DNA of 64,000 nucleotides from assembly GCA_965228735.1 (NCBI GenBank), contig OZ245838.1, forward strand, positions 3,104,001 to 3,168,000. The letters are read 5' to 3'. A program made the translations under genes and the position numbers. The notes under the pieces were generated by a model. It saw nothing but the letters and a program-made list of their open reading frames with translations, did no database searches and was not told where the DNA came from. Shown here piece after piece: positions 22,950 through 32,432 of the stretch. Within the stretch, counting starts at the first letter, position 1, and each line of letters begins with the position of its first letter. This DNA comes from Planctomycetota bacterium (GTDB lineage Bacteria > Planctomycetota > UBA1135 > UBA2386).

Positions 22950-23924
22950 GTGCAGCAACGTTCGATCGTTTTCCGAATCACCGCGACCGGCGCGCTCGGT
23001 CTGTTCGGCGCCGTGGGCACCTGCCTCGGCTTCGGACTCGGCGGTGAGATCGGCACGACGGGCGCGCTCGTGGCGCTGGGCGTCGCGCTGACCGGCACGC
23101 TGATCTTCTGGCACCTGGGGCGCGGGCTGCGTGACGACTGGCTCGCGGAATCCCGGGTGCTCGACATCACGTTGACGCAGGGCGCCGCGCGCCGCGAACG
23201 GATCGAGATGGCCCGCGCGATGGCGGCTGCGCTCGGCGACCGCGCGCTGGCGCAGTCGCGCCAGGTCCGCGGTGACCCCGAGAGCATCAAGGTCGCGCAG
23301 ATCATCGATGCGACCCATACCCTCGCGGGCCGGCTGCGCGACGAGGTCGCGGGCCTCATCGAGCGGCTCGATGCGGAGCCGACGCCGGAGCTGCGGTTCC
23401 GCGGAGCGTGTGAGTCGGCGTTGGCGACGGCGAGTGACGCCAACCGGCTCGCGGTCAACGCGGCGCTGAGCGGCACGAACTCGCCGCGCGCCTGGTCCGA
23501 GATCGCGCGCGCGATGCACGGGGTGATGGCGACACTGTCCGCGACGGTGGTTGCAGCCGGTGGCGAACCGCCGAAGGACGCGAGCACGGTCGACGACAGC
23601 AACGAAGTGCGCGACAGCCTCGGCCGCATGCGCGATGCGCTGCGCACGCTGCTCGAGGGTCTCGAGGTCGTGGAGTCGAGCGCGGGCAACCACCACGAAG
23701 TCGCGGACGCCCTCGCGACCGTGTGCGTCGACGCGCGCTTCATCGACCGCGAGCTGTCGAGCCTGCTCGGCGTGGACCACGACGAAGCCGTCACCTCGGT
23801 CGACCTGCCGCCCCACCCCCTCGACTGGGACCGGCTCGAGGCGACCGTCCGGGAGGACGCCTCGCCGGCACCGACACCGACCGAACACAGCGCGGTCGAC
23901 GACGAACCGCAGTCGACCGCCTGA
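22950..23924 (+). CDS. Hypothetical membrane protein with two N-terminal TMs and a long helical region
   Basis: Hydrophobic N-terminus, Ala/Leu-rich helices, GC3-biased codons. Confidence 0.6.
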   Translation: MQQRSIVFRITATGALGLFGAVGTCLGFGLGGEIGTTGALVALGVALTGTLIFWHLGRGLRDDWLAESRVLDITLTQGAARRERIEMARAMAAALGDRALAQSRQVRGDPESIKVAQIIDATHTLAGRLRDEVAGLIERLDAEPTPELRFRGACESALATASDANRLAVNAALSGTNSPRAWSEIARAMHGVMATLSATVVAAGGEPPKDASTVDDSNEVRDSLGRMRDALRTLLEGLEVVESSAGNHHEVADALATVCVDARFIDRELSSLLGVDHDEAVTSVDLPPHPLDWDRLEATVREDASPAPTPTEHSAVDDEPQSTA

Positions 23925-23982
23925 CGACCGGCCGCGAATCTGCAACCCACAACGCGTGCATGAACGCGCCGGAGGCGGCAAC

Positions 23983-25545
23983 ATGGCGGTGCCAATGACC
24001 GCCGATCGAGCCGGACAGTCCGCGACCGCCAGCAACCCACTCGGCGCCGAACTCGCCGGCGCGCGGACGGCGCAGGCCTGCACCCTCGTGATCTTCGGCG
24101 CGACGGGCGACCTCACCAAACGCAAGCTCGTGCCGTCGCTCATGGGGCTCGCGGAGGACGGTCTGCTGCCGGCCAACTTCGCCGTGGTCGGCTTCGCGCG
24201 TCGCGACTGGAGCGACGCCAAGTTCCGCGCCGAGATGCTCGCCGGGGTCGAAGCCCACCGCAGCGACGCGGTCGACTCGTTCGACGCGCTGCAGGAGTCG
24301 TTCTTCTACCACCGCTCCGACTTCGCGGACGCCGACGGCTACGCGCGCCTCGCGGAGCAGCTCGACGAGATCGACCAACGGGTCGGCACGAAGGGCAACC
24401 GCATCTTCTACCTCGCGACGCCGCCGAGCGCGTATTCGACGATCCTCGACCACCTCGCGGAGAGCGGGTTGTCGGCCGAACGTGATGGTCGGTTCTCGCG
24501 GATCATCGTCGAGAAGCCGTTCGGCCACGACCAGGAGACGGCGCGCGCGCTCAACGACCAGATCCAGAAGGGCTTCGACGAGCGCCAGGTGTTCCGCATC
24601 GACCACTACCTCGGCAAGGAGACGGTCCAGAACATCCTCGCGCTGCGCTTCGGCAACGGGATCTTCGAGCCGCTCTGGAACGAGAAGTTCGTCGACCACG
24701 TGCAGATCACGGTCGCCGAGTCGATCGGAGTCGGCACGCGCGGCGCCTACTTCGAGGAGTCCGGAATCATCCGCGACATGATCCAGAATCACCTGATGCA
24801 GGTGATGACGCTCGTCGCGATGGAGCCGCCGGCCGCGCTCAGCGCCGATGCGGTGCGCGACGAGAAGGTCAAGGTGCTGCGCGCGATCCGCTCGTTCGAA
24901 CCCGCGGAGGTGGACGCGGCGACCGTGCGGGCGCAGTACACCCGCAGCTCGTTCGAGGGCTCGGAGGTCAACGGCTACCACGAAGAGGACGGCGTGGACG
25001 CGAACTCACGGACCGAGACGTTCACCGCGGTGCGGCTGCACGTCGAGAACTGGCGCTGGTCCAAGACGCCGTTCTTCCTGCGCTCGGGCAAGCGGCTGCC
25101 GCGCCGCGTGACCGAGGTGGCGATCCACTTCAAGCATCCGCCGCACGGCCTGTTCGGCACGGCCGAGGGCGCGATGCGGGAATCGAGCCCCAACGTGCTG
25201 CTGCTGCGGATCCAGCCGGACGAGGGCGTCGCGCTGCGGTTCGGGTCGAAGGTGCCGGGGCCGGACATGCGGATCCGCGACGTGCGCATGGAGTTCCGCT
25301 ACGGCACGGCGTTCGGCAACGAGACGGCGGATGCCTACGAACGGTTGCTGCTCGACGCGATGATCGGGGACAGCACGTTGTTCGCGCGGCGCGACGAGGT
25401 CGAGGAAGCGTGGCGCATCGTCGACTCGATCGTCGCGGGCTGGCAGACGAGCACGACGGCACCCGCGAGCTACCCGGCCGGGACCTGGGGTCCGGAGGAC
25501 GCCGGCAGGATCCTCGGCGAGGGCCGCGCGTGGAGGCAACCGTGA
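23983..25545 (+). CDS. zwf: Glucose-6-phosphate 1-dehydrogenase
   Basis: IFGATGDL, EKPFGHD, RIDHYLGKE and DMIQNHL motifs; GGAGG upstream of ATG 23983. Confidence 0.97.
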   Translation: MAVPMTADRAGQSATASNPLGAELAGARTAQACTLVIFGATGDLTKRKLVPSLMGLAEDGLLPANFAVVGFARRDWSDAKFRAEMLAGVEAHRSDAVDSFDALQESFFYHRSDFADADGYARLAEQLDEIDQRVGTKGNRIFYLATPPSAYSTILDHLAESGLSAERDGRFSRIIVEKPFGHDQETARALNDQIQKGFDERQVFRIDHYLGKETVQNILALRFGNGIFEPLWNEKFVDHVQITVAESIGVGTRGAYFEESGIIRDMIQNHLMQVMTLVAMEPPAALSADAVRDEKVKVLRAIRSFEPAEVDAATVRAQYTRSSFEGSEVNGYHEEDGVDANSRTETFTAVRLHVENWRWSKTPFFLRSGKRLPRRVTEVAIHFKHPPHGLFGTAEGAMRESSPNVLLLRIQPDEGVALRFGSKVPGPDMRIRDVRMEFRYGTAFGNETADAYERLLLDAMIGDSTLFARRDEVEEAWRIVDSIVAGWQTSTTAPASYPAGTWGPEDAGRILGEGRAWRQP

Positions 25546-26486
25546 CCTCGACGACGGACCGCGAGCTCGTTCGCCTGCCGGCGCGCGTCGCCGAGCCAAC
25601 CGACGTGCGCGCGGCGCTGCGCGCGCTCTGGCAGGACTCGGACACCGAAGGGGTCGACACGGCGCGCGCGGTCACGATCAACTTCATCGGCGTCACGAAG
25701 CATCCGCGTGATCAGGACGACCCGATGCGCGCTGCTGCCGACGATCTCGTTCGGCGTTCGCCGGCGCGCGTCTTCCTGCTGCACGTGGACGACTCGTTGC
25801 AGGAACCGAGCGTCGAGGTGAGCGCCACGATGCGACAACGGGGGAACACGCGCTTCGTGATCGCGGAGGAGATCCACGTGCAGGCACCGGGCAACTGGTT
25901 CTCGCACGTGCCCGGACTCGTGCGGCCGCTGCTGATCCACGACCTGCCGACGCACGTGTTCTGGGCCGACGACTGGGACGACCGCGAGCGCTTTGCCGCG
26001 ATGCGCCGCCTCGGCGACCACTGCCTCGTCGACACCCAGCGCTTCACCCTGCCCGCGGTCCAGCTGCCCGAGCTCGCGGATGCCCGGGCGACGGGCCGGC
26101 GGATCACCGACCTCAACTGGCTGCGCCTGCGGCCGTGGCGCCGGGCGCTGGCCGAGGCATTCGAACGCATTCGCTGGCGGAGCGACTCGCAGGTGACCGG
26201 CCTCGTGCGGCACGGGACCGCGGGGACGGCCGCCGCGATCCTGCTCGCGGAGTGGTTGCAGGACCGCCTCGCGGCTCGCATCGAGCTCGAGGAGTGCGAC
26301 CATCCGGACGGCTGCCCCGAGTCCGTGCGGCTGCAGTTCGACGGCAACACGATCCAGGTCGGCAGCTCTCCGACCTGCCTCACGATGAACGCGAGCACGG
26401 AAGCCGAGTGCTTCCTGCCGTTGCGTCTGCCGCGCTCGCGCCGCAGTGATGGCGGTCTGCTCGCTGCGGCGATCGACATCGCCTGA
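25542..26486 (+). CDS. opcA: G6PD assembly/effector protein OpcA
   Basis: GTGA overlap with zwf; PLLIHDLPTHVFW and DLNWLRLRPWR motifs. Confidence 0.85.
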   Translation: MTSTTDRELVRLPARVAEPTDVRAALRALWQDSDTEGVDTARAVTINFIGVTKHPRDQDDPMRAAADDLVRRSPARVFLLHVDDSLQEPSVEVSATMRQRGNTRFVIAEEIHVQAPGNWFSHVPGLVRPLLIHDLPTHVFWADDWDDRERFAAMRRLGDHCLVDTQRFTLPAVQLPELADARATGRRITDLNWLRLRPWRRALAEAFERIRWRSDSQVTGLVRHGTAGTAAAILLAEWLQDRLAARIELEECDHPDGCPESVRLQFDGNTIQVGSSPTCLTMNASTEAECFLPLRLPRSRRSDGGLLAAAIDIA

Positions 26487-26547
26487 CGGTCACGCGGCCA
26501 GCGCGTCGATTATCGCGTCTGGGCAGCGCGCAGCGTATCGTCCGGGC

Positions 26548-28065
26548 ATGATCGCCCGTCGTTGGATCGCCGCCACCCTGCTGCTCGGGTTCACCGCCTG
26601 CACGATGCAGGACGACATCAGCCGTCAGGTCCTGCAGCCGCCGGCCGGCTGGCTCGTCGAACCCGCCGACCTCGGTCTGCCGGCCGAGCGGTTCGAGCTC
26701 GAGATCCACAGCGACGCATCGCTCACGGGTTGGTTCCTGCCGCACGAGAACGCCGGGGGCCGAACCGTCGTGCTGTTGCACGCGGAGAACGTCAACGCGA
26801 GCGCGCTGCATCCGTACTACACGTTCTTGCACGACGCGGGCTTCAACGTGCTGGTGTTCGACCCGCGCGGCTACGGCCAGAGTGCGGGCGAGCCGTCGCT
26901 GCGCGCCTGGACCTACGACCTGCGCGAACTGTTCGAGTGGCTCGGCGAACGCCCCGACGTCGACCGCGACCGGATCGCGCTCTACGGCACGTCGATGGGC
27001 AGCGTCGCGGCGATGTTCGCCGCGCGCATGTGCAAACCGTGCCGCGCCGTCGTATTCGAACACCTGCCGAGCCTGCGGGACATGCTGCGTGAGAACGTCG
27101 ACGACCCGAACAGCTTCGCCGGCGCCTACAGCGTCGGGCTGATGGAGTTCGCCTCGCTGCCGCAGAACATCGAGCCGTCGGACAACGCCGCTCGCGCCGA
27201 AGCGCGCGCGCTGTTCGTGGCCACGGAGAACGAGCTCGCGCGCAACCGGCGGTCGTTGATGCGCGCCTACGGCGAGTACGCCGGCGAGAAGCAGCTCTGG
27301 GTCCTGCCGGAGACGGGCCAGGCTCCGCATGCGCTGCTGACGCACGGCGAGCAGTACCGCGCGCGGGTCGTGCAGTTCCTCGACGATGCGTTCGCGGGCC
27401 GCGCTCTGCGCGCAGCGCCGACCGCGAGCAAGGTCCGTGACACGAGCGACGGCGAGGCGTGGTACGAGGTCACGGTGGAGGTCGCGGCGGCGCCGACCGC
27501 GAGCGGCCGCGTCGCGGTCGAGGCCTGCGCGCTGCTCGCGGACGGCACGCCGCGGTTCGCGCGTTCGTGGGCCGACGCCCCGAACGGCAACGTGCGCATC
27601 AAGCTGCCCGAACCACCGGTCCATGTGAGCGCCTGGCCCGTGCCCGGGGCGGTCGCGGACGACGACTCCGTCTTCACCCGACCGACGACCGATCTCATGG
27701 CGGCCTGGCGCCGGATCGCGCCGCTCTGGCCGCTCATCGAGGCGGTGCGCAGCGAAGGCGCGAGCCCGGCGGAGCACCGCGAGCTCGCCGAGGCACTCAC
27801 GCATGTCACGGCGGAGGCGGAGAACGGTCTGCCACAGCTGATCGAGACCGAGCTCAGCGACGTGTTCGTCCTCCTCGGCCTCAGCACCGGTGACAACGCG
27901 TGGCTCGACCGCGCACTCGCGGCCGTCCCCGAACACCCGAACCGCCACTTCTGGCCCGGCCCCGTCGCAACCTACGGCTACCCCCAGGCCGCGGTCATCG
28001 AACGCGCGAAGTTGGGTACGGTGCCCGGCACGAACACCAACCCCCGATCTAGCCGGCAACGCTAG
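26548..28065 (+). CDS. Lipoprotein alpha/beta hydrolase with an unknown C-terminal extension
   Basis: Lipobox FTAC; GWFLP, FDPRGYGQS and YGTSMG nucleophile elbow. Confidence 0.75.
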   Translation: MIARRWIAATLLLGFTACTMQDDISRQVLQPPAGWLVEPADLGLPAERFELEIHSDASLTGWFLPHENAGGRTVVLLHAENVNASALHPYYTFLHDAGFNVLVFDPRGYGQSAGEPSLRAWTYDLRELFEWLGERPDVDRDRIALYGTSMGSVAAMFAARMCKPCRAVVFEHLPSLRDMLRENVDDPNSFAGAYSVGLMEFASLPQNIEPSDNAARAEARALFVATENELARNRRSLMRAYGEYAGEKQLWVLPETGQAPHALLTHGEQYRARVVQFLDDAFAGRALRAAPTASKVRDTSDGEAWYEVTVEVAAAPTASGRVAVEACALLADGTPRFARSWADAPNGNVRIKLPEPPVHVSAWPVPGAVADDDSVFTRPTTDLMAAWRRIAPLWPLIEAVRSEGASPAEHRELAEALTHVTAEAENGLPQLIETELSDVFVLLGLSTGDNAWLDRALAAVPEHPNRHFWPGPVATYGYPQAAVIERAKLGTVPGTNTNPRSSRQR

Positions 28066-28146
28066 TGTAGGGACCCGCGGTGGGCGGAGCCCAGCGGCAT
28101 GTGCGTCCCGCCCCGGGGTGGGGGTTGGTGTTCGTGCCGGGCACCG
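28019..28146. repeat. 27-bp perfect inverted repeat between convergent genes (REP/MITE-like)
   Basis: CGGTGCCCGGCACGAACACCAACCCCC (28019-28045) and its exact reverse complement at 28120-28146. Confidence 0.9.
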
Positions 28147-28157
28147 CGCGCAACCCT

Positions 28158-29360
28158 CTAGAAGGCGAGGTCGACCCAGACCAGGCGGTGGTCGCTGGCC
28201 TCGACGAGGGCGCTGATCGGATCGGGCGGCGGCGGCCAGAACACGCCGGCCTGGTGCACCGTGAGGTCGCGCGACGGCAGCGCGTAGTCGACGCGCAGGT
28301 TGCCGGGGCCCTTGCCGGGCTCGTCGTTGAAGTCACCGGTGTCGAGCGCGTCGTCGCCGCGGTGCGTGCCGTTGCTGCCGAACTGTTTCTGCGCCGCCAC
28401 CGACCCGCCCGCGCTCGTGGGGCGCGGGTCCTGCACGCGTTCGTGGGTGAGCAGGCTGGTCATGGCCTCGCTGCGCCCGCCGCCGTCGACCGGGTCGCAG
28501 TTGAGGTCCCCGAGGATGACGAACGACGCCGCCCGTGGCAGACCACCTGCTGCGCCCGCGTCGTCGACGATCCAGTCGTCGCGATCGCCCGGCGACAGGT
28601 AGTCGACCCAGAAGCGGATCTCGTCGTGGTTGCGCCGCCCGTTGCGGTCCTCCTCGCCGTTGAACCCCGGCGGTGTGGGATGACTGCAGAGCAGATGCAC
28701 GACCTTGGCCGATGCGCCGGCACCGATGCCGATCGGCACGTCCCAGTGGCTCTTCGACGACAGTCGCAGCTGTTGCCACGTCGCATCCGAATAAAAGCCG
28801 GGCGGCCGCTGCGCGTCCGGCATACGGTGCCACGGGAGCTCCTGGAACGTGCGGATCCGGTCCGTGAGGATCGGGTGCCGCGACAGGACCGCCATCCCGT
28901 ATTGACCCGGATGCCGCCCGAAGCCCCACGCGTCGGCCGGCCCGGTCGTCGCGCCGTCGCCGTCGAGATCGAGACCGGACGGCACGCCGGTGTTCACCGG
29001 GCCCGCGAAACGGAACGTGAAGTCGATCGGGCGTTGGCCCTTCTGCGAGACGGCGAGGTAGCGCTCCGCGAACACCGTCGCCGCCCGGCCGGCGTCATCG
29101 CGATCGAGCTCGCACAGCAACAGGATGTCGACCGCGTTGCGCTGCACGATCTCCGCGATCTTGCGCGCGTGATCCGAGTCACCGGACTCGAGCTCGGCGA
29201 GCATCGCGCCCGGCTCGTCGCGATACATCGACGCGTTGAACGTGGCGACCCGCACGACAGCGACGGCGTCCTGCGCCGAGCGCCGCTGCAGGAACATCCA
29301 CGCCAGCGGCACGCTGAGCACGAGGAAGACGACGGTCAGGACGGTGGTGTTGAGCTTCAT
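28158..29360 (-). CDS. Endonuclease/exonuclease/phosphatase family protein
   Basis: ATFN, LCELD, RLSSKSHWD, SHPTPP, GDLN, RVDY and SDHRLV motifs. Confidence 0.9.
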   Translation of the reverse strand: MKLNTTVLTVVFLVLSVPLAWMFLQRRSAQDAVAVVRVATFNASMYRDEPGAMLAELESGDSDHARKIAEIVQRNAVDILLLCELDRDDAGRAATVFAERYLAVSQKGQRPIDFTFRFAGPVNTGVPSGLDLDGDGATTGPADAWGFGRHPGQYGMAVLSRHPILTDRIRTFQELPWHRMPDAQRPPGFYSDATWQQLRLSSKSHWDVPIGIGAGASAKVVHLLCSHPTPPGFNGEEDRNGRRNHDEIRFWVDYLSPGDRDDWIVDDAGAAGGLPRAASFVILGDLNCDPVDGGGRSEAMTSLLTHERVQDPRPTSAGGSVAAQKQFGSNGTHRGDDALDTGDFNDEPGKGPGNLRVDYALPSRDLTVHQAGVFWPPPPDPISALVEASDHRLVWVDLAF

Positions 29361-31339
29361 CAGGAATCTGCCGCGTGGGCCTGCGGCGCCGCGGTCGTGA
29401 ACATCGCCTGGGCGTCCGGCAGCCGATCGTCGGGGCCGAGGACGACGACCGTGTCGCCGGCGAGGAGCACCGTATCGGGCCCGACCGCCGGCAGGTTCTC
29501 CGCACCGCGCCGCACCGCGACGACGGAGCAGCCGGTCCGCCGCCTGACCCCGACGTCCATCAGGGTGTTGTCGATCACGGGCGCGCCTTCGGCAACCGCG
29601 AAGACGCGGAAAGAGATCCCCGGAACGAACTCGGCCAGCCGGGCCCCATCGCCGGACGGCACCTCGGCGAGCCGGTCCGACGCCCCGTGCACGCGCCGCG
29701 CCTCGCGCACCCGGCGACCGATCTCGTCGTCCGTGACGAGGAAGCGCCGGAGCACGCGAACGAGGATCTCGACCGACGCCTCGAGCTCCTGCGGCACGAC
29801 CTCGTGCGCGCCCGCCCGCTGCAGCGACGCGGTCTCGGTGATGTAGACCGACCGCACGATCACGTGCACGCCCGGCCAGTTCTGCTGCGCCAGTTGGGCG
29901 ATGCGCCGGGCAGCGACGCTGTCGTTGACCGCGAGCACGAGGAGTCGCGCACGGTCGATGCCGAGCGACCTGAGCACCGAGATACGGGTCGCGTCCCCGA
30001 GCACGATCGGCACGCCGAGCTTCTTCTCCGCCCGCACGGTCGCCGCGTTGAGCTCCGACACGATGACCGGGATCCCGAGAGCCGTGAGCCCCTGCACGAC
30101 GGCGCGGCCGGTCGGCCCGTAGCCGATGACGATCGCGTGCTGTTCGAGGTCGCGACCACCACCGTGCCGCCCACCGCGGTCACGCATGCTGCGCTTCTGC
30201 GCGAGCCGCGCGACGACGCGGTAGAACACCGGCGTCAACGCGATCGACAGCACGGCGACGATGACGAAGATGCCTTCCATCGTGTCCGTGAGCACGGCGC
30301 CGCGGCCGGCCTGCACGAGTACGAACGAGAACTCACCGACCTGCGCGAGCGCCGAACCCGCGCGCAGGCAGACCCAGAACGGCTGCCCGAGGAGCCGCGC
30401 CGCGAGCAGGATGATCGCCGCCTTGCCCGCGATGACGAGCGCGAGGATCAGCAGCACGCGGAACGGCATGTCCGCGACGATCGAGAAGTCGAACAGCATC
30501 CCGATCGAGACGAAGAACAGGCTCGCGAACGCGTCCTTGAACGGTTCGACCTCGGCCGCCGCGAGGCTGTGATGATCGGAGTCGGCCAGCAGGATCCCGG
30601 CGAAAAACGCGCCGAGCGCGAGCGACATCCCGAGCTGGGCGGTCACGGCGGCCATGCCGAGGCAGAGCGTCGCCAGCAGCAGCACGAACAGCTCGCGACT
30701 GCGGGTTCTGGCCACGACCGTCGTGATCCGCGGCAGCAGCAGCCGCACGACGACGAGCGTGACCGCGAGCAGCACGATGCCCCAGAACACCCCGATCTTG
30801 CCGCTGCCATGACCTTCGACGGCCGCCGCGCCGAGCAACGGCACGACGAGGATCATCGGCACGACCGCGAGGTCCTGCGCGATCGCGATGCCCATCACGA
30901 AGCGGCCGTGCGGCGCGCTGAACTCGCCCGCGTCGGCCAGCATCTTGCTCGCCGCGGCCGTGCTCGACAGGCTCAGCAGGCAGCCGAGGAAGATCGCCTG
31001 CTGCCAGCTCACGCCGAACAGCAGGCTCAGGAGCGCCCCGATCGCGGCCGTGCCGACGACCTGGAACGTGCCGCCGATCGCGATGACCCGCCGCAGGCGC
31101 GCGAGCTGACTGATCGGCATCTCGAGGCCAGCCGCGAACAGCAGCACGACGACCCCGACCTCGGCGAGGTGGCGCACGGATTCTTCGTTGTGCAGCATCC
31201 CGACCCCGTGCGGGCCGACGATGACACCCGCGCACAGAAAACCGACGATCGGCGGCAGCCGCAGCCGGTGGAACGTCACGGCAACGCCGACGCAGATCGC
31301 GAAGAGGGCCGCGAGGTCGAGCAACACGTGGTCGAGCAC
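29360..31339 (-). CDS. CPA2 cation:proton antiporter (Kef-like) with TrkA-N and TrkA-C domains
   Basis: Many TMs; LSSTA, QDL, FFVSIGM, AQVGEFSFV, IGYGPTG and AVRRG motifs. Confidence 0.92.
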   Translation of the reverse strand: MLDHVLLDLAALFAICVGVAVTFHRLRLPPIVGFLCAGVIVGPHGVGMLHNEESVRHLAEVGVVVLLFAAGLEMPISQLARLRRVIAIGGTFQVVGTAAIGALLSLLFGVSWQQAIFLGCLLSLSSTAAASKMLADAGEFSAPHGRFVMGIAIAQDLAVVPMILVVPLLGAAAVEGHGSGKIGVFWGIVLLAVTLVVVRLLLPRITTVVARTRSRELFVLLLATLCLGMAAVTAQLGMSLALGAFFAGILLADSDHHSLAAAEVEPFKDAFASLFFVSIGMLFDFSIVADMPFRVLLILALVIAGKAAIILLAARLLGQPFWVCLRAGSALAQVGEFSFVLVQAGRGAVLTDTMEGIFVIVAVLSIALTPVFYRVVARLAQKRSMRDRGGRHGGGRDLEQHAIVIGYGPTGRAVVQGLTALGIPVIVSELNAATVRAEKKLGVPIVLGDATRISVLRSLGIDRARLLVLAVNDSVAARRIAQLAQQNWPGVHVIVRSVYITETASLQRAGAHEVVPQELEASVEILVRVLRRFLVTDDEIGRRVREARRVHGASDRLAEVPSGDGARLAEFVPGISFRVFAVAEGAPVIDNTLMDVGVRRRTGCSVVAVRRGAENLPAVGPDTVLLAGDTVVVLGPDDRLPDAQAMFTTAAPQAHAADS

Positions 31340-31389
31340 GGTCGCAGTATCGGGAGCGGCATCACCGCGGCAACCATCGGGTCGAGCGA

Positions 31390-31421
31390 ATCCCGAGGCC
31401 CATCCCGAGGAACATCCCGAG
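31390..31421. repeat. Three ATCCCGAG direct repeats with a 12-bp period in a divergent promoter region
   Basis: Copies start at 31390, 31402 and 31414. Confidence 0.75.
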
Positions 31422-31493
31422 AACTGGAGCGGCCCGACCCATTCCGCGATACGGACCGTTCACCCGCCGGTCCCGTTGCCCTAATCTCCCGAG

Positions 31494-32357
31494 ATGTTCC
31501 GACTCGTGAGCTCCGTGCTCGGCATCGTTCTGGCCACGGCAATCACGGCGGGACCGGTGGCCGCCCAACTGCGCGGCGACGGCTACGAGGTCTGGCGGGA
31601 CGAGCGCTACTCGCAAACGGCGAAGGACCCGCGGCGCAACTGTCTCGACCTCTACCTGCCCAAGCTCGAGGACGACGCAACCGCGCCGCCACTCGTCATG
31701 TTCGTGCATGGCGGCTCGTGGATCGCCGGCGGCAAGGGCCGCCATCGTGGACTCGGTGAGCGGCTCGCGCAGAACCAGATCGCGGTCGCGGCGATCAACT
31801 ATCGCCTCGCTCCGGTCGCCGAGTTCCCCGCCCACCTCGAGGACTGCGCGGCGGCGTTCTGCTGGCTGCGGGACCGGGCCGACCGCTTCGGCTACGACCC
31901 GCGGCGCATCGTGCTCATGGGCCACTCGGCCGGCGGTCATCTCTGCGCGCTGCTCGCGCTCGATCGCCGGGCTCAGGAGCGCTTCGGGATCGCACCCGCG
32001 ACGATCCACGGCGTCGTCGGGCTGTCGGGGGTCTACGACGTTCGTCCCGAGCACCGATTGCTGGCAACGGTGTTCGGCGCCGACGCGGACGGGCGCACGG
32101 CGGCCTCGCCGATCGTCCACGCGCACGAGCACGCGCCACCGTTCTTCCTGCGCTGGGGCAGCCGCGACATCGACGGGTTGCCGGCCAGCGCCATGGCGCT
32201 CACGAACAGGCTGCAGGCGCTCGACGTCCCGGTCGACGCCCTCGAGCTCCGCGGCGAGGGCCACACGGGCTACGCCTACCGCGTCGCGCGCGAGTCCTGC
32301 GCCATCGGCGAGCCGCTGCTCGAGTTCCTGCAGCGGCCGCGGCCAGAGGTGAGGTAG
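31494..32357 (+). CDS. Secreted alpha/beta hydrolase (HSL/BD-FAE-like esterase)
   Basis: Signal peptide; LDLYLP, HGGSW, NYRLAP and GHSAGG motifs. Confidence 0.9.
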   Translation: MFRLVSSVLGIVLATAITAGPVAAQLRGDGYEVWRDERYSQTAKDPRRNCLDLYLPKLEDDATAPPLVMFVHGGSWIAGGKGRHRGLGERLAQNQIAVAAINYRLAPVAEFPAHLEDCAAAFCWLRDRADRFGYDPRRIVLMGHSAGGHLCALLALDRRAQERFGIAPATIHGVVGLSGVYDVRPEHRLLATVFGADADGRTAASPIVHAHEHAPPFFLRWGSRDIDGLPASAMALTNRLQALDVPVDALELRGEGHTGYAYRVARESCAIGEPLLEFLQRPRPEVR

Positions 32358-32432
32358 GCGCCAGGGCCAGCCGGGCCGGCCGCGCCAGCCCGGCCTTGAA
32401 CGGCGGCCGCGCCCGTGGACAGTGCTCGCCGA

